Assembly: GCA_007116575.1 (NCBI GenBank)
Contig: SKIF01000069.1
Location: 1,234 to 65,233 of the forward strand
From: Paracoccaceae bacterium
Lineage (GTDB): Bacteria > Pseudomonadota > Alphaproteobacteria > Rhodobacterales > Rhodobacteraceae
Direction: 5' to 3'
Length of the DNA: 64,000 nucleotides
Shown here one piece after another: positions 43,617 to 53,169 of the stretch; within the stretch, counting starts at the first letter, position 1, and the number at the start of each line of letters is the position of its first letter. A program made the position numbers and the translations under genes. The notes beneath the pieces were generated by a model. The model ran no database searches. It was not told where the DNA came from and saw only the letters and a program-made list of their open reading frames with translations.

Positions 43617-44674
43617 GTGATCCGGCAGTCCGCTTCCGCAATGTCTCGATCGTCTTCGGCTCGAACCCCTACAAGGCCATTCCACTGATGGAGACCGGCC
43701 AGAGCCGCGACGAGATCAAGGCCCGCACAGGGCAGGTGCTGGGCGTGCATGACTGCACGCTCGATGTTGCCCCGGGCGAGATCGTGGTGCTGATGGGGCT
43801 GTCGGGCTCGGGCAAATCGACGCTGCTGCGCGCGGTCAACGGGCTCAACCCGATCGTGCAGGGCGATGTTCTGGTCCATGACGGTGCGGGGCTGGTCTCT
43901 GTCCCCAATGCCTCGCGCGCGAAACTGCGCGAATTGCGGATGCACCAGGTCGCAATGGTGTTCCAGCAATTCGGCCTGCTGCCGTGGCGGTCGGTGCGCG
44001 AGAATGTCGGGCTGGGGCTGGAACTCGCGGGCGTGCCGCGCCGCGAGTGCCGCGAACGGGTGGAAGCGCAGCTCGACCTCGTGGGGTTGTCGCAATGGGC
44101 CGACCAGCCGGTGAGCGCGCTCTCGGGGGGTATGCAGCAGCGCGTCGGGCTGGCACGCGCCTTCGCCACCGAGGCCCCGATCCTGTTGATGGACGAGCCC
44201 TTCTCGGCGCTCGATCCGCTGATCCGCACGCGGCTGCAGGATGAGTTGCTGGAATTGCAGTCACGCCTCAAGCGCACGATCCTGTTTGTCAGCCACGATC
44301 TCGACGAGGCGTTCAAGCTGGGCAACCGCATCGCCATTCTCGAAGGCGGGCGGATGATCCAGTGCGGCACCCCGCCCGAGATCTTCGCCCGTCCCGCCAA
44401 TGCCTATGTCGCCGATTTCGTGGCCAATATGAACCCGCTTGGCGTGCTGCGCGCGCGCGACGCGCTGATCGCAGGCAGCGGCCCCGCGCCGACGCGCTCG
44501 GTTCCGGCTGAAATGCTGATCCGCGAGGTGATGACATGCTTCGACGCGCAGCACGAAGCGCTTGGCGTGACCGAGGGAGAGCGCCCCGTGGGCCTTGTCA
44601 CCCGCGCCTCGGTGCTCGCAGCGCTCAGCGAACGGCGCGGGTCTGCGCCAAGGCCCGACACAGCGAAGGAATAG
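43613..44674 (+). CDS. choV: choline ABC ATPase
   Basis: [30 protein letters not shown]. Confidence 0.92.
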   Translation: MSDPAVRFRNVSIVFGSNPYKAIPLMETGQSRDEIKARTGQVLGVHDCTLDVAPGEIVVLMGLSGSGKSTLLRAVNGLNPIVQGDVLVHDGAGLVSVPNASRAKLRELRMHQVAMVFQQFGLLPWRSVRENVGLGLELAGVPRRECRERVEAQLDLVGLSQWADQPVSALSGGMQQRVGLARAFATEAPILLMDEPFSALDPLIRTRLQDELLELQSRLKRTILFVSHDLDEAFKLGNRIAILEGGRMIQCGTPPEIFARPANAYVADFVANMNPLGVLRARDALIAGSGPAPTRSVPAEMLIREVMTCFDAQHEALGVTEGERPVGLVTRASVLAALSERRGSAPRPDTAKE

Positions 44675-44721
44675 CGCGCAGGTGGCTCTCCCTGCCTCAG
44701 CCGCGCGACCCGCGCAGCGGG

Positions 44722-45609
44722 TCAGCCTGTCGCCGCAAGCATATAGAGCGCGTCGAGGGCGGGTTCGGGCCGCGCGATGACACGTCCGCGCGCCTCGAGA
44801 TCTAGCAGATGCGCCAGCACATTGCGCGCCGCCGCCTTGTGCATCGCGGTGGGCGTATCGGTATAGATTGCCGCCACCAGATCAGTGATCCGGCAGGCAC
44901 CCGCCTCGAGCGCAGCAAGAATCGCCGCCTCGCGCGCCAGCCGGTGCGCGCGCAACTCTGCAATCCGCGCCGTTGGGTCCGCAACCGGCGCACCATGCCC
45001 AGGATAGAGCACCCGCGCCCCCTCGGCTTCCAGACGGTCGAGCGCGCGCATATAGGCGCCGATATCGCCATCCGGGGGCGATATGAAGGTGCTCGACCAG
45101 CCCATGACATGATCGCCGCTGAACACTGCCCCACGCCAGCTGAAACAAAGGTGGTTGCCGAAATGCCCCGGCGTCCAGAGCGCGCGGATCTCGGCCCCCT
45201 CATGGAGCAGCGCCGCACCATCACCAATGCAGCGATCCGGCGTGAAGGCTGCATCCACCCCCTCGCCGCCCCCGGCCAGACCCTGCGCGGCCAGCGCCTC
45301 CATCCGCGCCGAACGTCCTGCCCGCGCATCACCATAGGCCAGAACCGGGGCCCCGGTCACGCGCGAGAGCGTCCGCGCCAGCGGTGAATGATCGAGATGG
45401 GCATGCGTGACAAGGATCATCGCAACGGGCCGGTCCCCGATTGCCGCGCGCAGTGCGGCCAGATGCGCGCTGTTCTCAGGGCCGGGGTCGATCACGGCCA
45501 GCGCCGCGCGGCCCAGCAGATAGGTATTCGTACCCGCCCCGGTCATGGGCGAGGGATTCGGCGCGACAAGAACGCGCAGATCGGGCTCCAGGTCACACAC
45601 CACTGACAT
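44722..45609 (-). CDS. MBL-fold metallo-hydrolase (LACTB2-like)
   Basis: APNPSPMT..GTN, THAHLDH, PGH, SGDH. Confidence 0.9.
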   Translation of the reverse strand: MSVVCDLEPDLRVLVAPNPSPMTGAGTNTYLLGRAALAVIDPGPENSAHLAALRAAIGDRPVAMILVTHAHLDHSPLARTLSRVTGAPVLAYGDARAGRSARMEALAAQGLAGGGEGVDAAFTPDRCIGDGAALLHEGAEIRALWTPGHFGNHLCFSWRGAVFSGDHVMGWSSTFISPPDGDIGAYMRALDRLEAEGARVLYPGHGAPVADPTARIAELRAHRLAREAAILAALEAGACRITDLVAAIYTDTPTAMHKAAARNVLAHLLDLEARGRVIARPEPALDALYMLAATG

Positions 45610-45790
45610 GGGCGCAGCCTAACCGCTTCAACAGACCCCGAAAAGCCCCCATCGGTCGCCCCTGCCCGCCCCCGCCACGGCGCGGTGCCGACAGTTGGGC
45701 GGCCGGCGGGGCGGGAAGAGGTGTCAGCGAGACTCCGAAATGAGAACAAGGCGACTTGTGAGCATCGGAAACTGCGCCTAGTCTCGCAAC

Positions 45791-47134
45791 ATGCCTCTGT
45801 CACTCAAGATCTTCTTTCCGGCCAGTTTCTACGGACGCGCTGTCCTGATCCTGATCATGCCGATTCTCGTGATCCAGATCGTGCTCTCGGTGGTTTTCAT
45901 CCAGCGCCATTACGAACGCGTCACGGCGCAGATGACCACCAACATCCTGCGCGACATCCGCTTCCTGTCGAACAGGATCGAGGCAAGCGATCAGCCCGAG
46001 GAGGTGCTTGCCGAGCTGTCCGATCTGATCGCCTTGTTGAACATCGACATCCATCTTGCGGCATCAGGGCCCGAGATCGACAGGCCCCGCGTGGATCGGC
46101 TCGACATCGCCGGTCATGAAATCCTGCGCGTTCTTGACGAGGATATGGCCAGATTCCACATGGCCGATCTGGTGGCGGATCGTCGGCAGGTGCAGCTCTG
46201 GCTTGTATCGCGTCACGGCTTTCTGGAGTTGCAACTCCCACGCCGACTGGTGACCACATCGAACCCGCATCAGCTGCTGGTGATCGTGTTTCTGGCCTCG
46301 ATCCTGATGACATTGATCGCCTTCCAGTTCCTGCGCCTGCAGGTCCGCCCCATCCGCCGCCTCGGTGCTGCCGCCGAAGCTTATGGGCGGGGCGAGAGCA
46401 TGCCCTTCCGCGCAACCGGCGCACGCGAGGTCCGTGCTGCCGGGCAGGCCTTTCTGGACATGCGCCACAGGCTGGAACGGCAGCGTGAGCAGCAGCGCAT
46501 CATGCTTTCGGGTGTCAGCCACGACATGCGCACGCCGCTGACGCGGATGCGGCTGATACTGTCAATGATGGACGAGAGTGAGGATCGCACGACGCTGGAG
46601 GCCGAAATTGCGGATCTGGAGGCGCGGCTTGACGGGTTTCTGGACTACACGCGCGGCCAGATCGCCGAGCCGCTGGCCGAAGTCGATCTGGCGGCACTGG
46701 TCAGCGAGCTGGTTGATCGCTACCGCACGACCGGTCATCCGGTCGCCCTAGTGCCAGGTCCCGGACTGCCCGGCACGCTTGCAGCGCAGCCAGGGCAGAT
46801 CACCCGCGCGCTCGATAATCTCATCAGCAACGCACTGCGCCACGGCAACAAGGTGACCGTGCAAATTGCGCGCACATCGCAGGGCACCGAAATCGCGGTT
46901 GAAGATGACGGCCCCGGCATCGCACCCGAGGACCGCGCGCGGGCGACCGAGCCGTTCACGCGGCTGGATGCCGCGCGCGGGTCAGGAAGCGGCGGTGTCG
47001 GGCTGGGGCTCGCCATCGCGGATGAGGTCATGCGCAGTCATGGCGGCAGCCTGCGGCTCGAAGGCAGCGACGCGCTCGGGGGGCTACGTGCAGTGCTGCG
47101 CCTGCCCAGACGCAGTGGCAAGGAAAGCAGGTGA
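45791..47134 (+). CDS. EnvZ-type sensor histidine kinase
   Basis: Two TM, HAMP, SHDMRTPL H-box, NLISNA, DDGPG, GLGL. Confidence 0.92.
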   Translation: MPLSLKIFFPASFYGRAVLILIMPILVIQIVLSVVFIQRHYERVTAQMTTNILRDIRFLSNRIEASDQPEEVLAELSDLIALLNIDIHLAASGPEIDRPRVDRLDIAGHEILRVLDEDMARFHMADLVADRRQVQLWLVSRHGFLELQLPRRLVTTSNPHQLLVIVFLASILMTLIAFQFLRLQVRPIRRLGAAAEAYGRGESMPFRATGAREVRAAGQAFLDMRHRLERQREQQRIMLSGVSHDMRTPLTRMRLILSMMDESEDRTTLEAEIADLEARLDGFLDYTRGQIAEPLAEVDLAALVSELVDRYRTTGHPVALVPGPGLPGTLAAQPGQITRALDNLISNALRHGNKVTVQIARTSQGTEIAVEDDGPGIAPEDRARATEPFTRLDAARGSGSGGVGLGLAIADEVMRSHGGSLRLEGSDALGGLRAVLRLPRRSGKESR

Positions 47135-47488
47135 CGGCCACACACGTTGCCCGCCTGCTGGCGGGATGGTCCGGCAGTGGGTGCATCTGACCTGCCATAA
47201 ACGCGATCCTGTGGCACGTGCCGCAAACCGGAACGCAGTCCGGCGTCACATCGGCGTGGGGCAGACACCCCTGAACCACCGCTGGGGGGCTGACCGGTTT
47301 CACGCGGTGCTGGCCGGGGCTTCATGCCGGGTGACACGTCAGACAATGCGGATTGCGCTGCCACGCAGGCTCCAACCATGCAGCAACGCGACCACAGGCC
47401 GGACCAAGGCCATTTCCGGCACGCGCCATTCGCTTGCGCGCCTATCTTGGTGCATCGCAGAAAAGCCCGCCCGGCGAGGCAGCCGTGC

Positions 47489-48958
47489 TCAAAGCCGATA
47501 AAGCTCGGAAAACTTCGCCTCAAGATAGGCCATCAACGGCCCCTCTTCAGGCTCGAACCCGCAGGCATGCGCGATGGTTGCGCGCGGCGTGCGCAAGGCA
47601 CCGTGGGTCTGCAATCTCGCCCGCATCCACTCGGTCGCCGCCGAGGTATCCCCTTGTGCCAACTGCGCGTCCAGATCGGGCAGATCGGCGCGCAGCGCCT
47701 GATGCAGGCAGCCGGCATAGACATTGCCCAGCGCATAGGTCGGGAAATAGCCGAACAGCCCCACTGACCAGTGCACATCCTGCAGCACGCCATTTGCCGC
47801 CCTGTCTACCGGATAGCCGAAATCGGCCGCAAAGCGCGCGTTCCAGGCCTCTTCCAGATCCGCAGCCTCAAGTTGGCCGCGCATCAGCGCGCGCTCCAGA
47901 TCGAAGCGCAGCATGATATGCAGGTTGTACTGGATCTCGTCCGCCTCGGTTCGGATATAGCCGTTACTCACACGATTCACAGCCGCATAGAATGCGTCCG
48001 CATCGGCCACGCTCAGCGCGCCAAATTCCTGCACCATCGCCTCATACAGCCAGCCGGTAAAGGCGCGCGAGCGGCCCAACTGGTTTTCATAGATGCGGCT
48101 CTGGCTCTCATGCACGCCCATCGACACGCCGCGCCCCAGCGGGGTCAGCAGATGGGCCGCATCGACGCCCTGTTCATAGGCCGCATGGCCAACCTCATGG
48201 ATGGTGGAGTAAAGGCAGTTGAACGGTTCCTCGACCATCACGCGGGTGGTGATGCGGACATCCGTCCCCGAGCCCGAAGAGAAAGGATGCACCGCCAGAT
48301 CAATCCGCCCGCGGGTGAAATCATAGCCGAAATGCTCGGCGAGCCTGCGCGCGACGCGCAACTGCCCCTCTTGCGGGAAATGCCCGGTCAGCGCGGGCGG
48401 GGTATCCGCGCCCAGCACGGCCTCGCGCAGCGCGACAAGCCTCGGGCGCATCCGGGCGAAGGTGGCGGCAACGGTGTCGCTGTCGGTCTCGGGCTCATAA
48501 TCGGCCATCAGCGCATCATAGGGGTCGCCACCATCGGCGATGGCCTGTCCTTCCTCGCGGCGCAGCGCGATCATCTGCGCGAGCCATGGCAGGAAGGCCG
48601 CCACATCGCCCGCAAGCCGCGCCTCTTCCCAGGCGCTTTGCGACAGCGGTGTGAGCCGCGCCAGTTCCGCCGCCAGCCGCGCGGGCACCCGCGTGTTGCG
48701 CGCATAGGCGCGGCGGATCTCGCGCAGATTCGCCTCGGCCACAGCATCCTCGGGCTCGGCCTGCGCCAGCCACTCGCCGATGCGCGGGTCGGTACGGCGC
48801 GCGTGAAGCACCTCTTCCAGCGCGGCCATCTCTTCGGAACGCTGGGCATTGGCCCCGCGCGGCATGACGGTCTGCTGGTCCCAGCCCAACCGCCCGGCGA
48901 TCGCGGCAAGTGCCTCGGTCTGGCGGGTATGGGCCATCAGGTCGGAATAGGCGGTCAT
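47489..48958 (-). CDS. M32 carboxypeptidase
   Basis: HPF, HEVGH, HESQS, IRTEADE, QDVHW, YFPTY. Confidence 0.95.
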   Translation of the reverse strand: MTAYSDLMAHTRQTEALAAIAGRLGWDQQTVMPRGANAQRSEEMAALEEVLHARRTDPRIGEWLAQAEPEDAVAEANLREIRRAYARNTRVPARLAAELARLTPLSQSAWEEARLAGDVAAFLPWLAQMIALRREEGQAIADGGDPYDALMADYEPETDSDTVAATFARMRPRLVALREAVLGADTPPALTGHFPQEGQLRVARRLAEHFGYDFTRGRIDLAVHPFSSGSGTDVRITTRVMVEEPFNCLYSTIHEVGHAAYEQGVDAAHLLTPLGRGVSMGVHESQSRIYENQLGRSRAFTGWLYEAMVQEFGALSVADADAFYAAVNRVSNGYIRTEADEIQYNLHIMLRFDLERALMRGQLEAADLEEAWNARFAADFGYPVDRAANGVLQDVHWSVGLFGYFPTYALGNVYAGCLHQALRADLPDLDAQLAQGDTSAATEWMRARLQTHGALRTPRATIAHACGFEPEEGPLMAYLEAKFSELYRL

Positions 48959-50109
48959 ATGCGGGCTCCTTGTGGACGCAGCGTGTCGAAACGGGGAAAC
49001 TGCGCGAGATGGCGCATGCGGATGATCACCACCCAGAGCACCACAGCCACAGCCTGATGCGCGATAGCCAGGTGCCAGGGCGCGGCATGCAGCAGCGTGA
49101 CGATGCCCAGCAACACCTGCGCTGCCATCACGCCCAGCATCGCATGGCCCGCGCGGCGCGTGGCCGAATGACTCGACCGGCGCGCAATGACCCAGACCGC
49201 CAGCCCGAACAGCGCCAGCACATAGCCCAGCTTGCGGTGGAAAAACTGCGTCGTCGCCGGGTTCTCGAAGAAATTGACCCAGAGCGGCCGCATCTCGAAC
49301 AACTCCGGTGGCACCCAGACACCATGCATCAGCGGCCAATCAATATAGCTGCGCCCGGCGTGAATACCCGCCACCAGCGCACCCAGCACGATCTGCGCGA
49401 AGGCCAGATACATGAGCCCCGTCGAGAGCCCCGCAAGCCGTCCCTCGCGCGCTCGCCGCGCCGCGAGCAACTCGGCCTCGGGGCGGTTGAGCTGAAAGGC
49501 ATAGGCAGCGATCAGCCCGAGAATGACAAAGGCCAGCCCCAGATGCACCGCCAGCCGGTAAGAGGCGACCGCGATCATCCCCTCGGTCAGGCCCGAGGCC
49601 ACCATCCACCAGCCGATCGCGCCCTGCAATCCGCCCAAGCCCCCCAGCAAAAGCAGGCGCGGGGTCCAGCCAGCGGGGATGCGCCTCGTCAGCCAGAAGA
49701 ACAGGAAGCCCAGCCCCCAGACCAGGCCGATCACGCGGCCCAACTGGCGGTGGCCCCATTCCCACCAGTAGATCACCTTGAACTCCTCGAGCGTCATGCC
49801 GCGATTCATGAGCTGATACTGGTCGATCTGGCGGTATTTCTCGAATTCCTCCGCCCACATCTCGGCGGTATAGGGCGGGATGGCCCCGGTCACGGGGCGC
49901 CATTCAGTGATCGAAAGCCCGGAATCAGTCAGTCGCGTCATGCCACCCACAACGATCATCACGCAGACCAGCGCAAAGAGTGACAGCAACCACAGCCGGA
50001 TCGCACGGCGCGCGGCAAGCCGCGTGCGGTCGATACCCCCCGCCTTTGGGGCGGGGCCCGGTTTGCTGTCCTTGCCGACCTCCTCGAAAATCGCTCTCTG
50101 CCGTGCCAT
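48955..50109 (-). CDS. ctaA: heme A synthase (COX15 type)
   Basis: GGMTRLTDSGLSITEW, WEWGHR, GWWMVASGL. Confidence 0.95.
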   Translation of the reverse strand: MARQRAIFEEVGKDSKPGPAPKAGGIDRTRLAARRAIRLWLLSLFALVCVMIVVGGMTRLTDSGLSITEWRPVTGAIPPYTAEMWAEEFEKYRQIDQYQLMNRGMTLEEFKVIYWWEWGHRQLGRVIGLVWGLGFLFFWLTRRIPAGWTPRLLLLGGLGGLQGAIGWWMVASGLTEGMIAVASYRLAVHLGLAFVILGLIAAYAFQLNRPEAELLAARRAREGRLAGLSTGLMYLAFAQIVLGALVAGIHAGRSYIDWPLMHGVWVPPELFEMRPLWVNFFENPATTQFFHRKLGYVLALFGLAVWVIARRSSHSATRRAGHAMLGVMAAQVLLGIVTLLHAAPWHLAIAHQAVAVVLWVVIIRMRHLAQFPRFDTLRPQGARI

Positions 50110-50286
50110 CGGGCGCTCCTGTCTGATCGCGCTGCAAGCTAGTCTGTGCACAGCGCCTGTTCAAGCACTGCCTCTGCGGCAAATCGCAAGGCGGGAACCC
50201 GAAAGCAACGCACGCCCTGTTAGCGCCGCCTTTGCCGGGCTCTGACAGTCTTCACGGTCAAACGCTCCTGTCGCGAGGTGAGACCC

Positions 50287-50886
50287 ATGAAGACCGTGCG
50301 CCAACTGGCCGAAGAGATCGTCGCCCGCGAGGGCGGTTTCGTCAATGACCCCGATGACCCCGGCGGGGCCACGAATTTCGGCGTCACCATCCACACCCTG
50401 CGCCGTCTGCGCCCCGGTCAGCAGGTGGGCGTTGCGGAAGTTCGCGCGCTCACGCGCGAGGAAGCCATCGAGATCTATATCGAGCATTACTTCACCCGCC
50501 CGCGCATCGCCGATCTGCCCGAGCCGCTCTGGGCCACAGTCTTCGACATGCAGGTGAATGCAGGGGCCAATGCCGTGCGCATCCTGCAGCGACTGCTGCG
50601 GCAGATGGGGCTGGATGTGGCGGTGGACGGGGTGATCGGGCCGCAGACCATCGCGGCAACGCACCGGGCCTATGACATGGCACCGGCGCATCTGGTCGAT
50701 GCCTATGGCATCGCCCGGCGCGATTACTACTATGCGCTGGCCGACCGACGCCCCGCCAGCCGCAAATTCGCGCGCAGGCGCGATGGCGGCAAGGGCGGCT
50801 GGATCACCCGCGCCGAGGAATTCATCGCGCCCCGGTTTCACCTCAGCGATGCGCAGCATCATGCGCGCGTGGCGGGCTGGGCATGA
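50287..50886 (+). CDS. GH108 endolysin (holin-associated N-acetylmuramidase)
   Basis: REGGFVNDPDDPGGATNFGVT, FDMQVNAG, VDGVIGPQT, GWITRA. Confidence 0.9.
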   Translation: MKTVRQLAEEIVAREGGFVNDPDDPGGATNFGVTIHTLRRLRPGQQVGVAEVRALTREEAIEIYIEHYFTRPRIADLPEPLWATVFDMQVNAGANAVRILQRLLRQMGLDVAVDGVIGPQTIAATHRAYDMAPAHLVDAYGIARRDYYYALADRRPASRKFARRRDGGKGGWITRAEEFIAPRFHLSDAQHHARVAGWA

Positions 50887-51386
50887 TCCGGTCGCTTTTC
50901 GGGCTGATCTTCGGGGGCGCGCGCGAGGCGCGCGCGCTGGGGCGCGGGGTGACATCAGTCGCCGAGGTGTTCCGACCCAATGCCACGCGGGCCATGGAGC
51001 TGGGCCACGACGCCTACAAGGCCGCCCATGCCAGCCATCTGGCCGAGTTCCAGTATGGCCGCGCAGGCTGGTTCGACAGTTTCGTGAACGGGCTCAACCG
51101 CCTGCCGCGTCCGCTGCTGGCCCTGGGCACACTGGGACTGTTCGTCTATGCGATGACGGAACCGGTCGGCTTTGCGCAGCGGATGCAGGCGCTTGGTCAT
51201 GTACCCGAGCCGCTCTGGTGGCTTCTGGGTGCGGTCGTTGCGTTCTATTTCGGTGCGCGCGAGGCGCATCATCTGCGCTGCGCGAAAGGCAGCTTTCCCG
51301 CAGCGACCCCTGCCCCGCGAGCCAGCCCGACCAAGGAGCCGCCCGCCATGGACAATCCGGCACTGAAGGAATGGCAGGGACGCTGA
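50883..51386 (+). CDS. GTA-type holin (3TM holin family)
   Basis: LNRLPRP, VPEPLWWLLG..FYFGAR; ATGA-coupled to the endolysin. Confidence 0.87.
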   Translation: MIRSLFGLIFGGAREARALGRGVTSVAEVFRPNATRAMELGHDAYKAAHASHLAEFQYGRAGWFDSFVNGLNRLPRPLLALGTLGLFVYAMTEPVGFAQRMQALGHVPEPLWWLLGAVVAFYFGAREAHHLRCAKGSFPAATPAPRASPTKEPPAMDNPALKEWQGR

Positions 51387-51414
51387 TGCAGGCTCACGCG
51401 CCCCGACGGGGCGC

Positions 51415-51468
51415 AAGCGCCCGCGATGGGGGCATGGGCGGATGGGTGGGCCCCCCGAGCGGGCGCTT
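51415..51468. repeat. REP-like palindrome related to the IS110 target
   Basis: AAGCGCCCGC/GCGGGCGCTT arms; loop CATGGGCGGATGGGTGGGC is 17/19 identical to the reconstructed target loop. Confidence 0.72.
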
Positions 51469-51488
51469 CCTGCAACGCCCGCGCAGGC

Positions 51489-51818
51489 TCACGACCCGTG
51501 GCCGAGAAAATCCTCTTCCTCGCCGGTCACATCAATGCCCAGTTCTTCCAGCCCGCTTTCCAGATTCTCGGCCAGATGCGGCATGCCCAGCAGATAATCC
51601 GCTGTCGGCGATGTCGCCTCGGCTCTCGCAGTGGCCACCGCTTCGTCATATTCTGACGCATCGAACGCGCCCCGTCCGACCCAGGCAACAGCCGTCAGGC
51701 TGGCCTGTTCATCCTCGTTGAGCGCGTCGATGAAGGCGTACACCTCGGCCCGACCGACATGGCCCTCACGTGCGAGGTAGATGATATGGACAATCTTGCG
51801 CGGGCTGATGGCAAGCAT
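51489..51818 (-). CDS. DUF3775 protein
   Basis: LNEDEQASL.AVAWVGRG, TADYLLGMP. Confidence 0.88.
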   Translation of the reverse strand: MLAISPRKIVHIIYLAREGHVGRAEVYAFIDALNEDEQASLTAVAWVGRGAFDASEYDEAVATARAEATSPTADYLLGMPHLAENLESGLEELGIDVTGEEEDFLGHGS

Positions 51819-51874
51819 GGCGATCTCCTTTGCGATGGGCTGAGTGTCGCGCAAAGGCGCGCGCCGTGCAAGCG

Positions 51875-52612
51875 TCACCTGGCCCCGAAGATCCGGTAAT
51901 AGGCCCAGTCGGGCAGGAAATTGCCCCCCCGGAACACCAGTGAGAACAGCCATGGAAAAGCACGCTGGAAGCGCGTCTGGCGCATCAGGGTCACGATTTC
52001 CCCGGCGGCCTGTGCCGGTTCCATCAGAAAGGGCATGGAAAAGGTGTTCTTGTCAGTCAACCGCGTGCGGATGAACCCCGGATTGGCAAGCTGCACATCG
52101 ACGCCGCTGCCGCGCAGGTCGCAATGCATCGATTCGGCCAGATGCATCAGCCCCGCCTTGGAGGAGGAGTAGCCGATCGAGCCAGGCAAGCCACGATAGC
52201 CCGAGAGAGAGCCGGTCAGCACGATATGCCCGGACTTGCGGGCGACCATCATCGGGACCACCTGCCCCAGCACGCGCGCCGCCCCGGTCAGGTTGATGTC
52301 GAACATGGCCTCGGTCTGTTCGGCATTCCACTCGCTCGCCGGAAACGGCCAGTAGACGCCCGCCAGAAACACCAGCCCGTCGAACTCGCCCGCCGCTTGC
52401 GCGGCCCTGACAACCGATGCACGGTCCGACACGTCGCAGGGCACCACGCGGGCGTTACCGGGCAATTCGCGGGTCAGCGCTTCCAGACTGTCGGTGCCGC
52501 GTGCGCTCAGCACCAGATTGCAGCCTGCCTGCGACAGCTTGAGCGCCAGTGCGCGGCCCAACCCTTCGGAGGCGCCCACCAGCCAATATGTCTTGCCCGA
52601 GAGTGTTCTCAT
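51875..52612 (-). CDS. SDR oxidoreductase (RSP1087-like)
   Basis: GASEGLG, YSSSK, NPGFIRT. Confidence 0.88.
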   Translation of the reverse strand: MRTLSGKTYWLVGASEGLGRALALKLSQAGCNLVLSARGTDSLEALTRELPGNARVVPCDVSDRASVVRAAQAAGEFDGLVFLAGVYWPFPASEWNAEQTEAMFDINLTGAARVLGQVVPMMVARKSGHIVLTGSLSGYRGLPGSIGYSSSKAGLMHLAESMHCDLRGSGVDVQLANPGFIRTRLTDKNTFSMPFLMEPAQAAGEIVTLMRQTRFQRAFPWLFSLVFRGGNFLPDWAYYRIFGAR

Positions 52613-53169
52613 GTCTCAACACGGCGCATCGTGGCGACAAGCTCGGCCACCTTGATGCCGAATTTACGGAACTGGCTGCGGTTCACGATGGTCCGCTCAT
52701 CGACCAGGTAAAGCCAGTCGGTCACGTCCAGCGCATGACCGCCCGCGCTTTCTGGCAGGCGGATGGTGTAACGCAACTGCACTGCCGAGCCTTCCTGCGT
52801 GCCGCTGCCCTGACCCGCCAGATCATCCGCGTCTGCCACAATCCGCCCGTCATTGCCGATACTCAGTCGCCATTCGCGATCCTGTTTCGTGCCGCTGTCA
52901 TAGTGGAAATTCTCGGTCAGAACGCCCCGATTGCCGTCCCAGCGACCCTCCATATCAGCCGTGAAACGCGAGGTGACGCGCCCGGTAGGGCCATAGATCA
53001 CACCTTCGCAGCGGAGCGGCCCTGAGAGATGCTTGCGGATATCCATCGCGGGTTGTTTCCCGGCGTAATCCGCCGGTTTCTGTGCCTGAAAGCCCGTCAG
53101 GCGCTGCGCAAGCGCATAGAGCGCCAGCATCAGCGCCATTCCGGTCAGGATACTCAGGGCGGTACTCAT
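52609..53169 (-). CDS. DUF3833 protein (RSP1088-like)
   Basis: F.YDSG..DREWRL, DWLYL, FRKFGIKVAEL. Confidence 0.85.
   Translation of the reverse strand: MSTALSILTGMALMLALYALAQRLTGFQAQKPADYAGKQPAMDIRKHLSGPLRCEGVIYGPTGRVTSRFTADMEGRWDGNRGVLTENFHYDSGTKQDREWRLSIGNDGRIVADADDLAGQGSGTQEGSAVQLRYTIRLPESAGGHALDVTDWLYLVDERTIVNRSQFRKFGIKVAELVATMRRVET

Noticed and set aside
45691-45697. ACAGTTG matching the IS110 left donor inside a GC-rich intergenic hairpin
   Set aside because: Lacks the CC core and right half; a 7-mer is expected by chance in 64 kb
50287-51386. Prophage suggested by endolysin and holin
   Set aside because: No integrase, structural or replication genes; flanks are core genes
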